Below, piece after piece: positions 24,774 through 38,700 of a DNA stretch of 64,000 bases (position 1 is its first letter; each line of letters opens with the position of its first letter). Made by a program: the position numbers and the translations under genes. The notes below the pieces were generated by a model. The model was not told the DNA's origin. It was given only the letters and a program-made list of their open reading frames with translations, and searched no databases. This DNA is from Octopus sinensis. Lineage: Eukaryota. The stretch is taken from the NCBI RefSeq assembly GCF_006345805.1, contig NW_021832830.1, forward strand, positions 1 to 64,000. Direction: 5' to 3'.

Positions 24774-25696
24774 GTAGAATTAATATCGTAAACATGAAGA
24801 GAGGGTGACAAAACAACTTTGTTAATGGCAGTGTATGCTAGATTTTGAGGGTGAAATCAACACAGAGGGTCACGGGAGATTGTAAAGAATTGCCTTCCTG
24901 GTGACCTCAGATGATTTCGTTTCGCATCTTCTGATGCACAGTTACTATCTAGCAGAAAATTCTATGAACTTGTTATTTACATGAAATGTCTCCATGTAAG
25001 GTACACTTCAGTGAGCTGACAGCGGAATACGCAATGAAAGGAAGAAAACAATGCATGGAGCAGATCATGCTGGCGTCAGTGCAGCGCTTTGCAGGAAGTG
25101 ATTGCTAATTATTTCTATCAACGTTAGGTTGATTGACAGAGTGGTTCTTCGATGGTCAGACGTTAGCAGATATTACACATGTAAATAGTTAGAATGCTTG
25201 TCAGTACTGACGAGGACATTGACATGAAGAGTAGAACAAACGTGTAGAGAAGAATATATTACACTGCGCTGGTAACAACACGCTTCGCCTTGATTTAGCT
25301 TCCGAATGATGCCCGAGAATGATTTTTTTAAAAAAGGTTTTCGTTAATGTTGTACGATTCTGCTTCATATTCGTTGTTCGTTTGATAGACATGGAGATGA
25401 TGTAAGCGCAACAGAATCCATTATATCGTTCTGACAATTCGGACAGAAGATGCTTCGCTTAAATGCCCTCGACGAATTATATGTATGTGTTTATTCAGGT
25501 ATGCACGCACACACGCACACACACACACACTGTATATAATCACGTATATATATATACGTATATATGTTATAGGTATGCATATGTATGCATATAATATATA
25601 TATATATATATATATATCTTTCTCTCTCTCGATTTATCTATCCATCTATCTATCTCTCTTGATATGTATTATATATATATATATATATTATATATA

Positions 25697-25729
<33 letters not shown>

Positions 25730-25778
25730 ATTACGTATATCTGTTTTTTATCACTCTCCCAATTTATTTCGGTGTTCC

Positions 25779-25812
25779 TTTCTGTCGAAGAGCGTAGGCT
25801 CGAAACGTAAAA
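25779..25812 (+). ncRNA. Variant minimal hammerhead-like motif in a short TA-associated repeat (homolog at 59871-59904)
   Basis: TTT CTGTCGA A GAGC-GTAG-GCTC GAA ACGT A AAA. Helix III is the palindrome ACGT, position 6 is U instead of A, and there is an extra A before helix II. The surrounding repeat (about 25770-25900) is homologous to about 59870-59995. Confidence 0.4.
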
Positions 25813-26214
25813 TACTTTCTCACTCCCTGGGCGTTAAACTAATGCATCTGCTTTTGTTTACACGCCCGTCTTCGTCTTTAGTTCTTTTTTATAAATTCTC
25901 ACTACATATATATATATACATATAAAAACATATTTTTGCCCGTGCGTGTAAACACACAAGCGTTAGCCATAAATATGAGTTCACTTGGTTGTGTGTATGT
26001 GTGGAGAAAATGGGGTGAAATTTGTTTATACAAACAACGTTTCATTCTTTCAACGATAATGCAGAGCTTTCCATGGTTATATTCGGAGGTACATTAGGAA
26101 AAAGATTACGTAACGGCAACAATTAGTTACGTACATCGAGTAGCAAAATGGATAAAAGCTCAAAGCTCTCAATATCAGCTGCAAATGTTTTGAAAGATCC
26201 AAAACATATTTTTT

Positions 26215-26428
26215 TTATTTATTCATCTAGTTTCAGCTCACAAGCTGTGGCCATGCTGGGGCACCGCCATTTTTTTGTACAGCAGGGATCGCTACCATCC
26301 CCTGCAGGAGCCTCGTGGAGCTTTAGGTGTTTTCGCTCAATATACACTCACAACGCCCGGTCTGGTGATCGAAACCGCAATCCTACGACCATGAGTCCGC
26401 TGCCCTAACCACTGGGCCATTGCGCCTA
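26215..26428 (-). mobile_element. tRNA-derived SINE, family E, with a tail like that of family B
   Basis: Minus strand: AGGCGCAATGGCCCAGTGGTTAGGGCAG...GGTTTCGATCACC...GAAAACACCTAAAGCTCCACG...GGCGGTGCCCCAGCATGGCCACAGC..AGCTGAAACTAGATG. Confidence 0.8.
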
Positions 26429-26736
26429 TAGCAATTTTATACAAATGAATACGTACATATTTAACATGTCGAAATGTACTATCAATTACCTAAATATTTT
26501 GCAAGATTCTTTAAGATATGTTCTGTCTATGACAAATACATTCTGTAATACCAAAACTTTCAGCCGACATCCACATAGAACTTAATATAATTATGAATGC
26601 AATAAAACATTATATGGATTCCCCTAGACTAAATCGACATTCATATGGCATGACTCCATATATATAATGCATATACATATAGATATATATATGTATATTT
26701 GTGTATACACGCACACACACACATATCCATATATAT

Positions 26737-26939
26737 TAGTTAATCCAAACATGAAAGCACAAAAAACACAACAACGCGAGGACGTGAAACAAATATAGTA
26801 TTATTGGACGCTCAGGAAAGAAGGAAAGAAGGAGGGTTTAACGTTTCGAGCGGAGCTCCTCGTCGGAAACATAGGAGAAAGAAAGATCCAGAGAAGGGAA
26901 GACAGAGGAAAAAAAATCGCCAACGGTACACACGCGGTC
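26737..26939 (-). mobile_element. About 200-bp non-autonomous element with a hammerhead-like motif (second copy at 38790-38988)
   Basis: Both copies begin GACCGCGTGTGTACCGTTGG and end GTTTGGATTAACTA followed by (TA)n. The motif on minus at 26836-26870 is GTTT CCGACGA G GAGC-TCC-GCTC GAA ACGT T AAAC. Confidence 0.75.
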
Positions 26940-27943
26940 TTTGTTTATATTCATATCAATTCTGAGATTTTAAAATTTCCATTAGTCGTATATGGAGGAT
27001 GTTCAATCACCTTGAGAGGCTCAGATTCATAAGAGAATGTTCTTATATCGTACTATGCACGCAATTGCAGACACTAAACTATGTACCTCATAGCCGTCAA
27101 TTCTTTCTTTAATAATTTTACCGACCCTTTTAAAACGCGTTATAATCATCTCAGTAAATGTTTAGCTTATTTTCATCTGACGAAATTCTATTTATCTTTA
27201 AATCTTGCGATTTGCATACAGAAATGGTCAGTAGATCTTAGAAATGAAACAGTGCTAAGTCCAAAATGATGGCGTCTTTTACAATTTACAAATAAGTCAT
27301 CCCTTGCAGGGATTTATCTTCCTTTCCGAATTATTTTTAAAGTTGGGGAACAAGCGTTTTCGGGCTTCACGAAATGATCTCAAACATTTCTGTACTTTCG
27401 CCGATTACCAATAGCTGCATTCCATGAAGCGTAAATAGAACATTTGCATATCATAAGTATGGTGTAATAACATCTACCTCTGTCTCAACACGAAGTATTG
27501 GATTTTCCTTGCTCGTTGCATGCTCATTTCATTTATATACATACAAATAAACACCCGCACAAACATACACCTATATATGTACACTGCATGTTAACGTTTC
27601 TGCTCTTATATATATATACGCGTTTTATATAAGTATATAAGTTGTATTTTTTAACGTTGTTTGATAAGGATTGTATCAATAATATCTATCGATTAATCAG
27701 TTCTTTCTGCGATAATAAAGAGAAAAACCTATAGCTTTTGCTCGTTTCGCAAAAATCGGGAATTCATTCTGGCTTTGCTATGACAATCGCCACAAATAAC
27801 GGAAAACACGCTGCATTTGGAAAGTAATTTCAATAAATACAGCCAGGGATAATGTATGGAAATACGAAGAAGATTCATTTCAAAAGCTGTAATTTCAGTA
27901 CGACTATTTCATGAATATTTTCATATCAAGTACCATTGCCATT

Positions 27944-28425
27944 ATACATACATACTGCTTATACATATGTATGTATATAGCTGCATACGTACGTATATTA
28001 ATGTGTGTATGTGTGTGCCTGTCTATGTGTGTGTGTGTGAGTATATATCTATATATATGTGTGTGTGTGAGTATATATCTATATATATATTGTGTGTGTG
28101 TGTGTGAGTATATATCTATATATATGTGTGTATGTGAGTATATATATATATGTGTGTGTGTGTGTGTGCATATTTTTGTTGTGTGTTGGTGTATATACTT
28201 CTGCAGGAGCTCTCTGGTTCTATGTGTGTGTGTGGTATATATATATATATACATACATATTACTTATACATTTGTATGTATATCGCTGCATACATACGTA
28301 TATTAATGTGTGTATGTATGTGCCTGTCTATGTGTGTGTGTGTGAGTATATATATATATATGTGTGTGTATGTGTGTGTATGTGTGTGTATGTGTGTGTG
28401 TGTGTGTTTGTGAGTATATTTATAA

Positions 28426-28457
<32 letters not shown>

Positions 28458-28520
28458 CTGTGTGTGTGTGTATTTTTGTTGTGTGTAGGTGTACATAATT
28501 CTGCAGGATCTCTTTGGTTC
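27944..28520 (+). repeat. Diverged tandem duplication of a roughly 300-bp microsatellite-rich unit
   Basis: The anchors CTTATACAT.TGTATGTATAT.GCTGCATAC and TATTTTTGTTGTGTGT.GGTGTA..TA.TTCTGCAGGA.CTCT.TGGTTC each occur twice, about 300 bp apart. Confidence 0.75.
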
Positions 28521-29108
28521 CTTTATTCACCAAATTGATGAAAGAGTAATCAAATACTAAGCTAAGAAATTCTTTCGTTTGTTTTTTTGTTCTCGAATCT
28601 ATAGAAGATCTCTGATAGGAAACATTGATTCTGCCGTGTATGGCAATGTTTCAGATAATGCTGATACAAGCAAATGTCTTCGGGTCAATACTAGGGCCCG
28701 CTGCAATCGCAATCAGCGAGGTCACTGCTTAAGAAATTGCCGATGTATTTAGTTAAACGTTCTTGATTTGAATCGTGGGAGAAAGCGTAGGGAAGATAAA
28801 TATATTGCTTTGTATGGGTAATATTGAATAGGTGTATAAATCAAGGGATGAGAAACGTAAGATATCATTTTCTGTTTGTAAGCTAGCGTGACCTTTGGTG
28901 AAGGTTGTGGAGGAGAAAATTTGAGAGACACTGAGAGGTAGAGAGATGGATATTTAGAAAGATTCTGAGGAGTAGATGTAGGCATAAAGAGAGAGAGAAT
29001 AGGAATATGTGTGAGTATCTAAATTACAATGGGTTTGAAAGATAGAAGTTCCACGGAGGAGAGGGACATTGTAAGAGAATGAATGAGAGAAGAAGTAATG
29101 AATGAGGA

Positions 29109-29640
29109 CAATTAAAGAGCGATAGAGGGAGAAATTGAAAATGAATAAGAAGAAGATACCAAGAATGAGAGAGAGAGGGTAGCAGTTCCTGAGATCAAGA
29201 CAGATATGACAATAAAAAGTTGAGAGAACGGAATAAAGAGAGATGTAGGAGAGAGACAGAGCAAAGAATAAGTACCATTAAAGAGCGATAGAGGGAGAAA
29301 GGGAATATGAATAAGGAGAAGAAGATACCAAGAAGGAGAGAGAGAGAGAGAGTAGCAGTTACAAAGATCAAGAAAGATATGGCAATACAGAGTTGAGAGT
29401 AGCAAAGATGTAGAGCAACAGAATAAAGAGAGATGTAGGGGAGAGACAAAGTCGGAGAGTGATTAAGGAAAGCAAAGAATAAGCACAATTAAAGAGAGAT
29501 TGAATGAGAAAGAGAAAATGAAAGCTAAAAAAAGAAAAATAGCTAAGAAAGGGAGATTGTAGGAGATAGAGAGATCAAGAAGTATATGGCAATAGAGAGG
29601 CGAGAGCAACGAAGATGTGGAGTAAGAGAAGAGAGAGAGA
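29109..29640 (+). repeat. Purine-rich diverged satellite, three units of about 165-210 bp
   Basis: Units start C(A)ATTAAAGAG at 29109, 29276 and 29486 and share GATCAAGA.AG.TATG.CAATA and AGCAAAGAATAAG. Confidence 0.7.
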
Positions 29641-29979
29641 GACAGAGATGTAGAGAGTGAAGTAGACATTGTTACTACAAATAATATAAATAGCGGAGAA
29701 TTTATTTCAGATTCAACTTACTAACAATCTTCTCTGAAATAGAACAGAGAAATACGAAATGGATATTTGGAAAGGTCATCGTCGAGATAAAATCTGATAT
29801 TACTTCTAAGTGAATTAATAGCAGGTCCTAATATAAAGACGTTGAGAATTTAATAAATAAATGGCAGTTCATCTCTCTTACCCGACGACACCGTGCGTAG
29901 ATATATATATATATGTGTGTGTGTGTATATATATATATATATACCCATATATGTATATATGTATATATGTATATATGTA

Positions 29980-30021
<42 letters not shown>

Positions 30022-31024
30022 ATAATGTATATATATATAATATGTATATATATATATATATATTGTATGTGTGTGTGTATATATGTATTATATATATAAT
30101 AAATATACGCATGTGTGTATGTATGTGTATGTATATAATATATATATATACATATATATGTATATAGATATACACGCATATGTATATGCATATATATATA
30201 GATATCTGTAATGTATTTACACGTACACATATATGTTTTATACGCTTATATGTGTGCCACGGTGTATGATTGTGTGTGGGTCTGTGTGTCTGTGTGAATG
30301 TGTGACTAATATATATATATATATATATATATATTTCCTATGAGTGCGTATACGTGAGTTGGTGTACATTTTCCCACTGACTTCCTTGTGCATCAAGATA
30401 AGCCACCGATTATCTTGAACTAATCTAAACAAACGAACCTCCTTAATATTTGCTCATTGTATTATTTCTCAAGTTTAGCTGAATTTCTCTCTTATTCTTA
30501 TTGTGCTAAGTTTTGTGTCAGTGGAATTTTTTATTATTTTGCAACAATGTATGTCCCTAGGGTATAATGAGAAAGCATTAAAACACAGGGAATAGACTTA
30601 TAAGTATTTTATTTGCTCTATGTTATATAATACTACTTAGAATGATAATAATATTCATAAACATTAAATTTTGTTAAATTGCTTTTATATTATATTTACA
30701 CAACTACATATTATATTATATCTAATGCAGCTGAAATTCCGAATGACTCTTCTTAGAGAATTCTATTGTCTTCCCAGACAGTCAAATAGCAGAGTTGAAA
30801 TATATATGATACAGTTAAAATACTTTACGTGGGAAATTAAATTCTGCTTTCTTTTCTTTCCTGCGGTGCACGATCATGATGGCGGATAAATAAAGTCGTC
30901 GAAGTCTCACATAAAATATTCCGCTGTTTACATTAAGTTACTTTCCATTAAGTTCTGGTTTCGTATCTTATCAATATTAATTCTGCTTAAGCAGGCAACA
31001 GGTTAGCATGAGGGGCAAAAGGTT

Positions 31025-31439
31025 TACTCTTTTACTCTTTTACTCTTTTAATTGTTTCAGTCATTTGACTGCGGCCATGCTGGAGCATCGCCTTTAATCG
31101 ATCAACTCAACCCCGGGATTTATTCTTTTGTAAGCCCATTACTTATTCTATCGGTCTGTTTTGCCAAACCGCTAAGTAACGGGGACATAAATACACCAGC
31201 ATCGGTTGTCAAGCAATGCTAGGGGGACAAACACAGACACACAAACACACACACGCATATATATATACATATATACGACGGGCTTCTTACAGTTTCCGTC
31301 TACCAAATCCACTCACAAAGCTTTGGTCGGCCCGAGGCTATAATAGAAGACACCTGCCCAAGGTGCCACGCAGTGGGATTGAACCCGGAACTATGTGGTT
31401 GGAAAACAAGCTACTTACCACACAGCCACTCCTGCGCCT
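31025..31439 (-). mobile_element. Family B SINE, full length
   Basis: All diagnostic blocks are present. Confidence 0.9.
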
Positions 31440-31521
31440 ATGTTTAGTGACATTTCGCCTGTCTTTAGGGGCTGAGTTCAAATTCCACCAAGGTAGACTT
31501 TACCGTTTGTCCTTTCGGGTT

Positions 31522-31809
31522 CTCTTTTATTTGTTTCAGTAATTTGACTGTGGCCATGCTAGAGTACCGCCTTTAGTCGAGCAAATCGAACCCAGGACTT
31601 ATTCTCTGTAAGCCTAGTACTTATTCTATCGGTCGCTTCTGCCGAACCGCTAAGTTAAGGGGCGTAAACACACCAGCATCGGTTGTCAAGCGATGTTGGG
31701 GGGACAAACACAGACAGACAAACATATACACACACACATACATATATATATATATACATATATACGACGGGCTTCTTTTCAGTTCTCGTCTACCAAATCC
31801 ACTCACAAG
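31522..31809 (-). mobile_element. Family B SINE, 5-prime truncated
   Basis: The tail and internal part are present; the match stops at CCACTCACAAG. Confidence 0.85.
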
Positions 31810-31964
31810 AAATAAGAATCGCAAGCACGCCGAGCGAAATGTGTAATGGAATTTCGCCCGCCGCTACGTCCTGACGAATTAAGTACCAGTGATACACTGG
31901 GGTCAATGTAATCGAGAAGTCCCCGCCCCAAAATTTCAGACCTTGTTCTATGGTAGAAAGAATT

Positions 31965-32125
31965 ATTAAGGCGACGAACTGTCAGAATAGATGGCACCTC
32001 GGGCAGAATACTTCTGTCCATTCTTACGTTCTCAGTTCAAATTCCACGAGGTCGACTTCGTCTGTCATCCTTTCCCGGTCGATAAAATAAGTATGAGTTG
32101 AAATTTAGGGCGATGTAATGGACTT
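31965..32125 (+). mobile_element. Family A SINE, diverged partial copy
   Basis: AGGCGACGAACTGTCAGAAT...CAGTTCAAATTCC..GAGGTCGACTT...CATCCTTTCCCGGTCGATAAAATAAGTA. Confidence 0.7.
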
Positions 32126-32369
32126 ACACCCTTCTCCCAAATTGCTGGCCTTGTGCCAAAATTTGAAACCGATATCACTTTCATTATCAAGTTGTTTGAA
32201 ACACAAAACAACAAAGTGCAACCTTGCATCACCTTAGGTTACGATTTCAATTCTTACGAATGTTTTCATTTCTGGATTTATTACCTGTTAGATGTCGTTT
32301 TATTTTTTTTTTAATCTAACATGCAAACCGCAGATGCTTTCCACTCGGGAGATGGATGTTCCTGATTCC

Positions 32370-33050
32370 TGGGTTGCAACATATACTTAAACTTCAAAAT
32401 GTTGACTCTATACATACCCCGCCTCAACACTCACCTCTCTCACCTTGACACCGGATAACCAAAAGACCATTTGCACTGGTTTAACTTTTCCATCCAGTAC
32501 ATTTTACAATACACCTGTCTCTTCAAAGGACCAAATTAATGCAACGAACTACAGTCTACAATTAAATCGCATTTCGTTTGGCACCAAGGGTATCTGTCAC
32601 ACCCTTATTGACTCTCAATTTTGTCATACTTATTGTATCAGTAAGAAAACCTTTCGTTGGCAATCTTAAGCTATCCAAATTAATTTATGCCATGCCTTAC
32701 ACACATTTCTGTCTGATCCACAGACACACAATAAATTCTTGCTACACCCACATGAGGAAAAACGAAGACATGTAGGAATTCCTTTCCCCTACAGTTGTAC
32801 TTCCAAACACTGCCTTATTGTGTCTTATAGCACACGCCCATGTTACACAAAGAGATACCTCATGCATCATGATCCCACATGGCCGTCCAGGTGCCCCGCT
32901 GGAAACTTTCAACAACTACGTGTACGCCAACTTTCCTAGCACATCCATATCTCTCGCAAATGATTAATTGCAAACAGCTCAACTTGTGACTGATAATGTA
33001 TTAAGAGCTATATCCCTTCACATTCCACCCATAACAACATCGCAATGCCC
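32370..33050 (+). mobile_element. Possible highly decayed LINE endonuclease and linker remnant (I/Jockey-like)
   Basis: Scattered peptides VDSIHTPP, RPFALV, TSKHCLI and PRWKL occur in the order of the APE-domain motifs SIYxPP, PFxxxGDFN, SDHxPI and RWxL. There are many frameshifts. Confidence 0.3.
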
Positions 33051-33569
33051 AAAATCCTACAGATGCCCTCCCATCCTTCCTATATATAAACATTGCTGTG
33101 AGACGAGATTTCCAATGGAACATTTACAAATTTATGGCATATAAAAATCCCCAAATAATACCTAGATGAATCCGGTTCTATATATTTCAGATAATGTTGC
33201 TTTTATCTGCAGAAAATAATCCAGTCCTGATTCCACAGGAGTTTGATGTTGATCTACGACAAATCATTGCCTGTATAGTTCCATTGATTAATAGCATTGA
33301 TTCAGAAACATAGGAAATGGCAGAAGCGATTGTATTTAATTCGTTATGTGTCTAGTATTTGATTTTTGCCGCACCGTAAGGATGAAAGTCAAAATTAATA
33401 ATCTCGCATGCTGAAGAGTAACAAATTACAGGTGGAATAGAATATATTCATCCTGGGCGCCAGCGTAGGTGTTCGGTTCTCACCCGTTTGGTTACAGGTT
33501 TGGTGCTACTGCGTAGCACCTTTGTGATGAGTCAGCCAATAAAGCCCATGGTCGACGAAGGCCGTAGAT

Positions 33570-34135
33570 AAATTAAGTACCAGTTACCAGTGCGTAACTG
33601 GTACTTAATTTATCGACCCTGAAAGGATGAAAGGCAAAGTCGACCTCGGACAGAATTTGAACTCAGAACGTAACTGCAGACGAAATATGGCTACGCATTT
33701 CGCCCGGCGTGCTAACGTTTCTTATTTCTTTATTGCCCACAAGGGGCTAAACATAGATTGGACAAACAAAGACAGACAAAGGGATTAAGTCGATTACATC
33801 GACCCCAGTGCGTAACTGGTGCTCAATTTATCGACCCCGAAAGGATGAAAGGCAAGGTCGACCTCGACGGAATTTGAACTCAGAACGCAGCGGCAGACGA
33901 AATACCTATTTCTTTACTACCCACAAGGGAATAAACACAGAGAGGACAAACAAGGACAGACATAGGTATTAAGTCGATTACATCGACCCCAGTGCGTAAC
34001 TGGTACTCAATTTATCGACCCCGAAAGGATGAAAGGCAAAGTCGACCTCGGAGGAATTTGAACTCAGAACGTAATTGCAGACAAAATATGACTACGCATT
34101 TCGCCCGGCGTGCTAACGTTTCTGCCAGCTCGTCC
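33570..34135 (-). mobile_element. Family A SINE trimer (distal unit truncated)
   Basis: Sense order: full head unit, junction AAAGAAATAGG/TATTTCGTC, unit, junction AAAGAAATAAG/AAACGTTAGC, unit. Confidence 0.88.
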
Positions 34136-34763
34136 CCTTATACCTGGCCTCATACCGTTCCACAATTAGTCAAGTAATAAATTTATGCTTCCTTTATTAA
34201 GGAATATGGTATCTATTCTAAGGGACATTTGTCTGCTATTTCTTGCAAGTCTAAAGTTCTTTCTTTTAAGTCGTTTCTTCCGTTGTGGTTTAACCGCAAA
34301 AACCTTATTATAAATAACTTAGCCATGTTTTGAACAATATTATTAAAGCATTTCAAATATTCAGCAAATCTCTGCGGATTTGTTTTTGTGACTCCGCTAC
34401 GACAGGTCATTTATGAAAATCGCTTATTAAACTACTTTCCTTCTACTTTTATGACTATCAGACGGTGTACTTTAATCATACCGGTTTACGCTGTGAAAGG
34501 ATTTGCTCAATCATATTAACATCCGGACTTAACATTCCACTCTGCTACTTATTTTCAACGTTCAATATACCGAATGGCATTATCTTTTAGACTCTTGGCA
34601 TAAAATGACGTAACTTCTCGCAACGATTTGCTTTCGAATACATACACGCTTTGGCAAAATCGCACAGACATACACACACGCACACACATGTATAGTTATG
34701 TGTACAAATTAATACAGGCATATACAAGTATATATATATGTATAACATGTATATATATTATAT

Positions 34764-34806
<43 letters not shown>

Positions 34807-35117
34807 ACACACATCTATATAGATTCATATGTATATGGATATATATATATATGTGTGTGTTTGTGTGTGTAGCGCATATAAGCACACACACACGCAGACA
34901 CGTACACAGAGTCACGTACACGCGTGCACGCACACACAACCACATGCACACGCACAAATACTCCGCTACTGAATAATTATTTAGTAAAATGGGAAATTGT
35001 TTTTACATATGACTTGACGTTAAAACAAAATCATATAAGCAAAGGTTATGTAAATGTGTATAGTAATGTATATTTATATATATACGTGCGCGCGCACACA
35101 CACACATACAAACATAT

Positions 35118-35166
<49 letters not shown>

Positions 35167-36317
35167 TATATAAACATACATATGTATACACACACACACA
35201 CACACACGCACATATATATATATATATATATATACGTATATGTTTTAGATGTGTGAATAAGATGGGCATTTGCACAGCTTCTCTTAATTAAATTCTATTC
35301 GCAATTTACTAGGCAACTCGAGGCTACAGCAGAAAAGTATTTCTCAAAACAGTGCCACGGCAAATGGAGGCGTGTGACACTCGGTTCTAAAATGCAATTC
35401 TTAACAACACGCTTAACATTCCTGACCTTTCTGATATTACAGACTACGTAATATTTACATATGAATTTCAACTATTTCGGGAATATAACAATTTTAGTTA
35501 CCCAATTCTATTAACATTTGTAGGAAAACCTTTACCTAAAAAATTGTCACATCAAACGAAACGAACAAATCATAAAAACAAATACGTCCGCGGGAGATGA
35601 GTCCTGGCTTTATTAGTTTTGGAAATAAAGGGACCAAGGGATCTGTATGATAACAGCAGCAATTAAAGTGATGTTTTAAGGGTTAACAATAGTACTAAAA
35701 GAATTCTATATTCCATACATTATGCATCTCGCAATAAACATCGACATTAACTAGCATGCTGACCCATACACGGGGGACACCGCTCAAAATACATCAATTC
35801 ATCGTAGCTAGAACATTAATATAATTTCCATCTCGTAATGGAGATGGTGGCTATAGAAAACGCATCCATCATGTTCTGATGAAGACTACACACTCGTAAT
35901 CTTCTTAGATTCCACCAATATTTGGCAGTATGGCAAATGCATTGGAAAAGGAAGAAAAGAATTGATTAAATATCATATTCACTTGCTTGAAGAACAAATT
36001 GTCTTAAAAGCAGCGTTGCAAAGAAATGACGGAAAGTATTTTCTAAGCTTCGTCTAAAGAAAAATAATACTAAAAGAAACTGAAATAACAGATATGCATA
36101 GAATATTACGAATACACACACTTATATGTACATATATATACATATATATTTACGTATATGGTATATATATATATGTGTGTATCTATATATATATATATAT
36201 ATATATATTTATAGAGTGATCTAGTCTGAAATATATGTATGATTGCGTACACAAAACATACTCACACACATCAAACAAAGACACATACATGGATATATAT
36301 TCATGTATATATATATA

Positions 36318-36362
<45 letters not shown>

Positions 36363-36715
36363 CATATATATATATACATATACATATACATACATATATA
36401 CATAATAATATACACATACATACGTACATATATATACATAGATATATATATAATATATGATATATATATATATATATATATGTATTGTATGTATGTATTT
36501 TAGTAATATGACGAATAAAATGCTATTAGATCACACATATATACACGCGCATTCAGATATATGCGTGTGTGGTGTGTATGCGTGCGCATATTGTGTCGTG
36601 TGTTTGTGTAATTATCTATGTACGTTTGTCTGTGTGTAGCTATGTGCACAAATTAATACAGACATATACATATACAATATACATGTATATATATGCGTAA
36701 TATATAGAATATATA

Positions 36716-36757
<42 letters not shown>

Positions 36758-36762
36758 CATAA

Positions 36763-36809
<47 letters not shown>

Positions 36810-36982
36810 GTGTGTGTGTGTGTGTGTGTGTAACAGACAGATAGGGAGTATTACACGTAGATAGACAGACATAGATTTCGATATACACTATTAGTAAGGA
36901 ATCTACCACATCGAAACTAGTAACCGACTTCTTATTTTCTGCATCGTTCCGTTACATCTCTCTCTCTCTCCCCCTCTATGTT

Positions 36983-37022
<40 letters not shown>

Positions 37023-37205
37023 CTCTCTCCCTCTTTCTCTCTCTCTCTGCCCTAAATCCGTCACCCCAAATACCTCACTCTACTCCGCTCGAATGTTCAC
37101 AATATGTTTATACTTACACACACAAATATGCATACTTAAAAATTACATTATATATATATATATGTATATATATACTCTCACTTTATACTAAGTATATATA
37201 TAATA

Positions 37206-37245
<40 letters not shown>

Positions 37246-37742
37246 GTTTGTACTTTTATAAATTTAACAAATAGTGATGCATTTTCAGCGCGTTTTTTTT
37301 TTTGTCCCTTTCAATTTTACTAGTGTTGCTTATTAATTATTCAACTCAAGATGTCGAATAAAGCCAGAATTTCTTAGATTCTTTATAACATTTTCTCTTT
37401 TATTCTTGTTCAACGGAGTAACTTTAAATTTCACCCTATTCCTGCTTGAAAAACACTTCCTTGCAGGTATAACCATGTGTACTTTTGTACTTTGAAACAC
37501 AGATACATGAAATTTATAGTAACGTTTGCATATCTATAAGTTTGTATGTATGTATGTGTGTTTAAACGTGTATATATATATATATATATATACATATATA
37601 TTAGATCCTGTGTATATGTACAGAAGCTTTGAGTATGCATGTTATACACGCTCATACACATTAACAAACACGCAGACATGCATACATGTGTTCAATGGAT
37701 CTATGTATTGCCTGCTTATCCATGTGTGTGTACTACACACAC

Positions 37743-37777
<35 letters not shown>

Positions 37778-37956
37778 AGTGTGTCTGTGTGTATGTGCGA
37801 TTTTGTGTTTGTGTGTGTGTAATTCATACACACATACACACACACATATATATATATATATTTATCGATTTATATATATATATATACACCTACACATAGA
37901 ATCACATATATGTATATATATATGTATATATATATATATATATATACATATATACA

Positions 37957-37987
<31 letters not shown>

Positions 37988-38468
37988 GTACATGCGCGCG
38001 CTTTTGTATGTATATCTGTGTGCAGCTGTATATTTAATATATATATACAGAAATATATATTTATATATACATATGTATGTGCAAATACATATAAATATAT
38101 ATATATATATATGTGCATACACACTCGTATATACGTATACGTACACACGCATATATTCACACATATACATATGTTCACGCATATAAATATCTCTCTATGC
38201 GGATGTACTGCTATTGAGAATGTTTCTAGTAGGATGTACAAATGTTTAATTATTAATATTTGAACGTCTAAATAAGAAAACATCTAAATTTTGGTTTCTT
38301 CCATTCTTTCTATTCTGAAATGTAAATAATTGACACGAACATAGCTTCATGCATTTTATCTACTTTGTCATTCACCGTAGAATTTAAAGAGAGAGAAAAA
38401 AATGAACCCAGATAAATAGCAATGTTTGAAAACATAATTATTCACAGGTATACACATTTATATATATA

Positions 38469-38700
38469 AATGGTTTCCGATCAGGAAGAAGCTGACTGAC
38501 TCAGGTCTTAGAACAGTATGACTGGGTGTTGAAACAGCTGCTCAAACACTCAAATGTGGATGTGATATTTCTCGATTTTGCAATGGTTTTCGGTAAAGTC
38601 CATCACGGAATAATATGTCACAAACTGCGTGATCTCGGCATAGTCGGCGAAATGGGTGAATGATTTTCTGAAGGATAGAAGTAAAGCTGTGTGGACAAAA
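38469..38700 (+). mobile_element. CR1/L2-group LINE reverse-transcriptase fragment
   Basis: Translation gives GFRSGRS*LTQVLEQYDWVLKQLLKHSNVDVIFLDFAMVFGKVHHGIICHKLRDLGIVG, then DFLKDR after a shift. This matches GFRxGRSCLTQL...VDVIYLDFxKAFDKVxHxxLxxKL..GI.G. Confidence 0.88.

Noticed and set aside
28612-28695. Minus-strand CCGAAGA...GAAACATTG...CAATGT hammerhead-like string
   Set aside because: No helix I, and helix II pairing would consume the core bases; better read as plain hairpins.
36905-36930. GAA-ACTAGT-A palindromic helix III-like motif
   Set aside because: No upstream CUGANGA or matching helix I.
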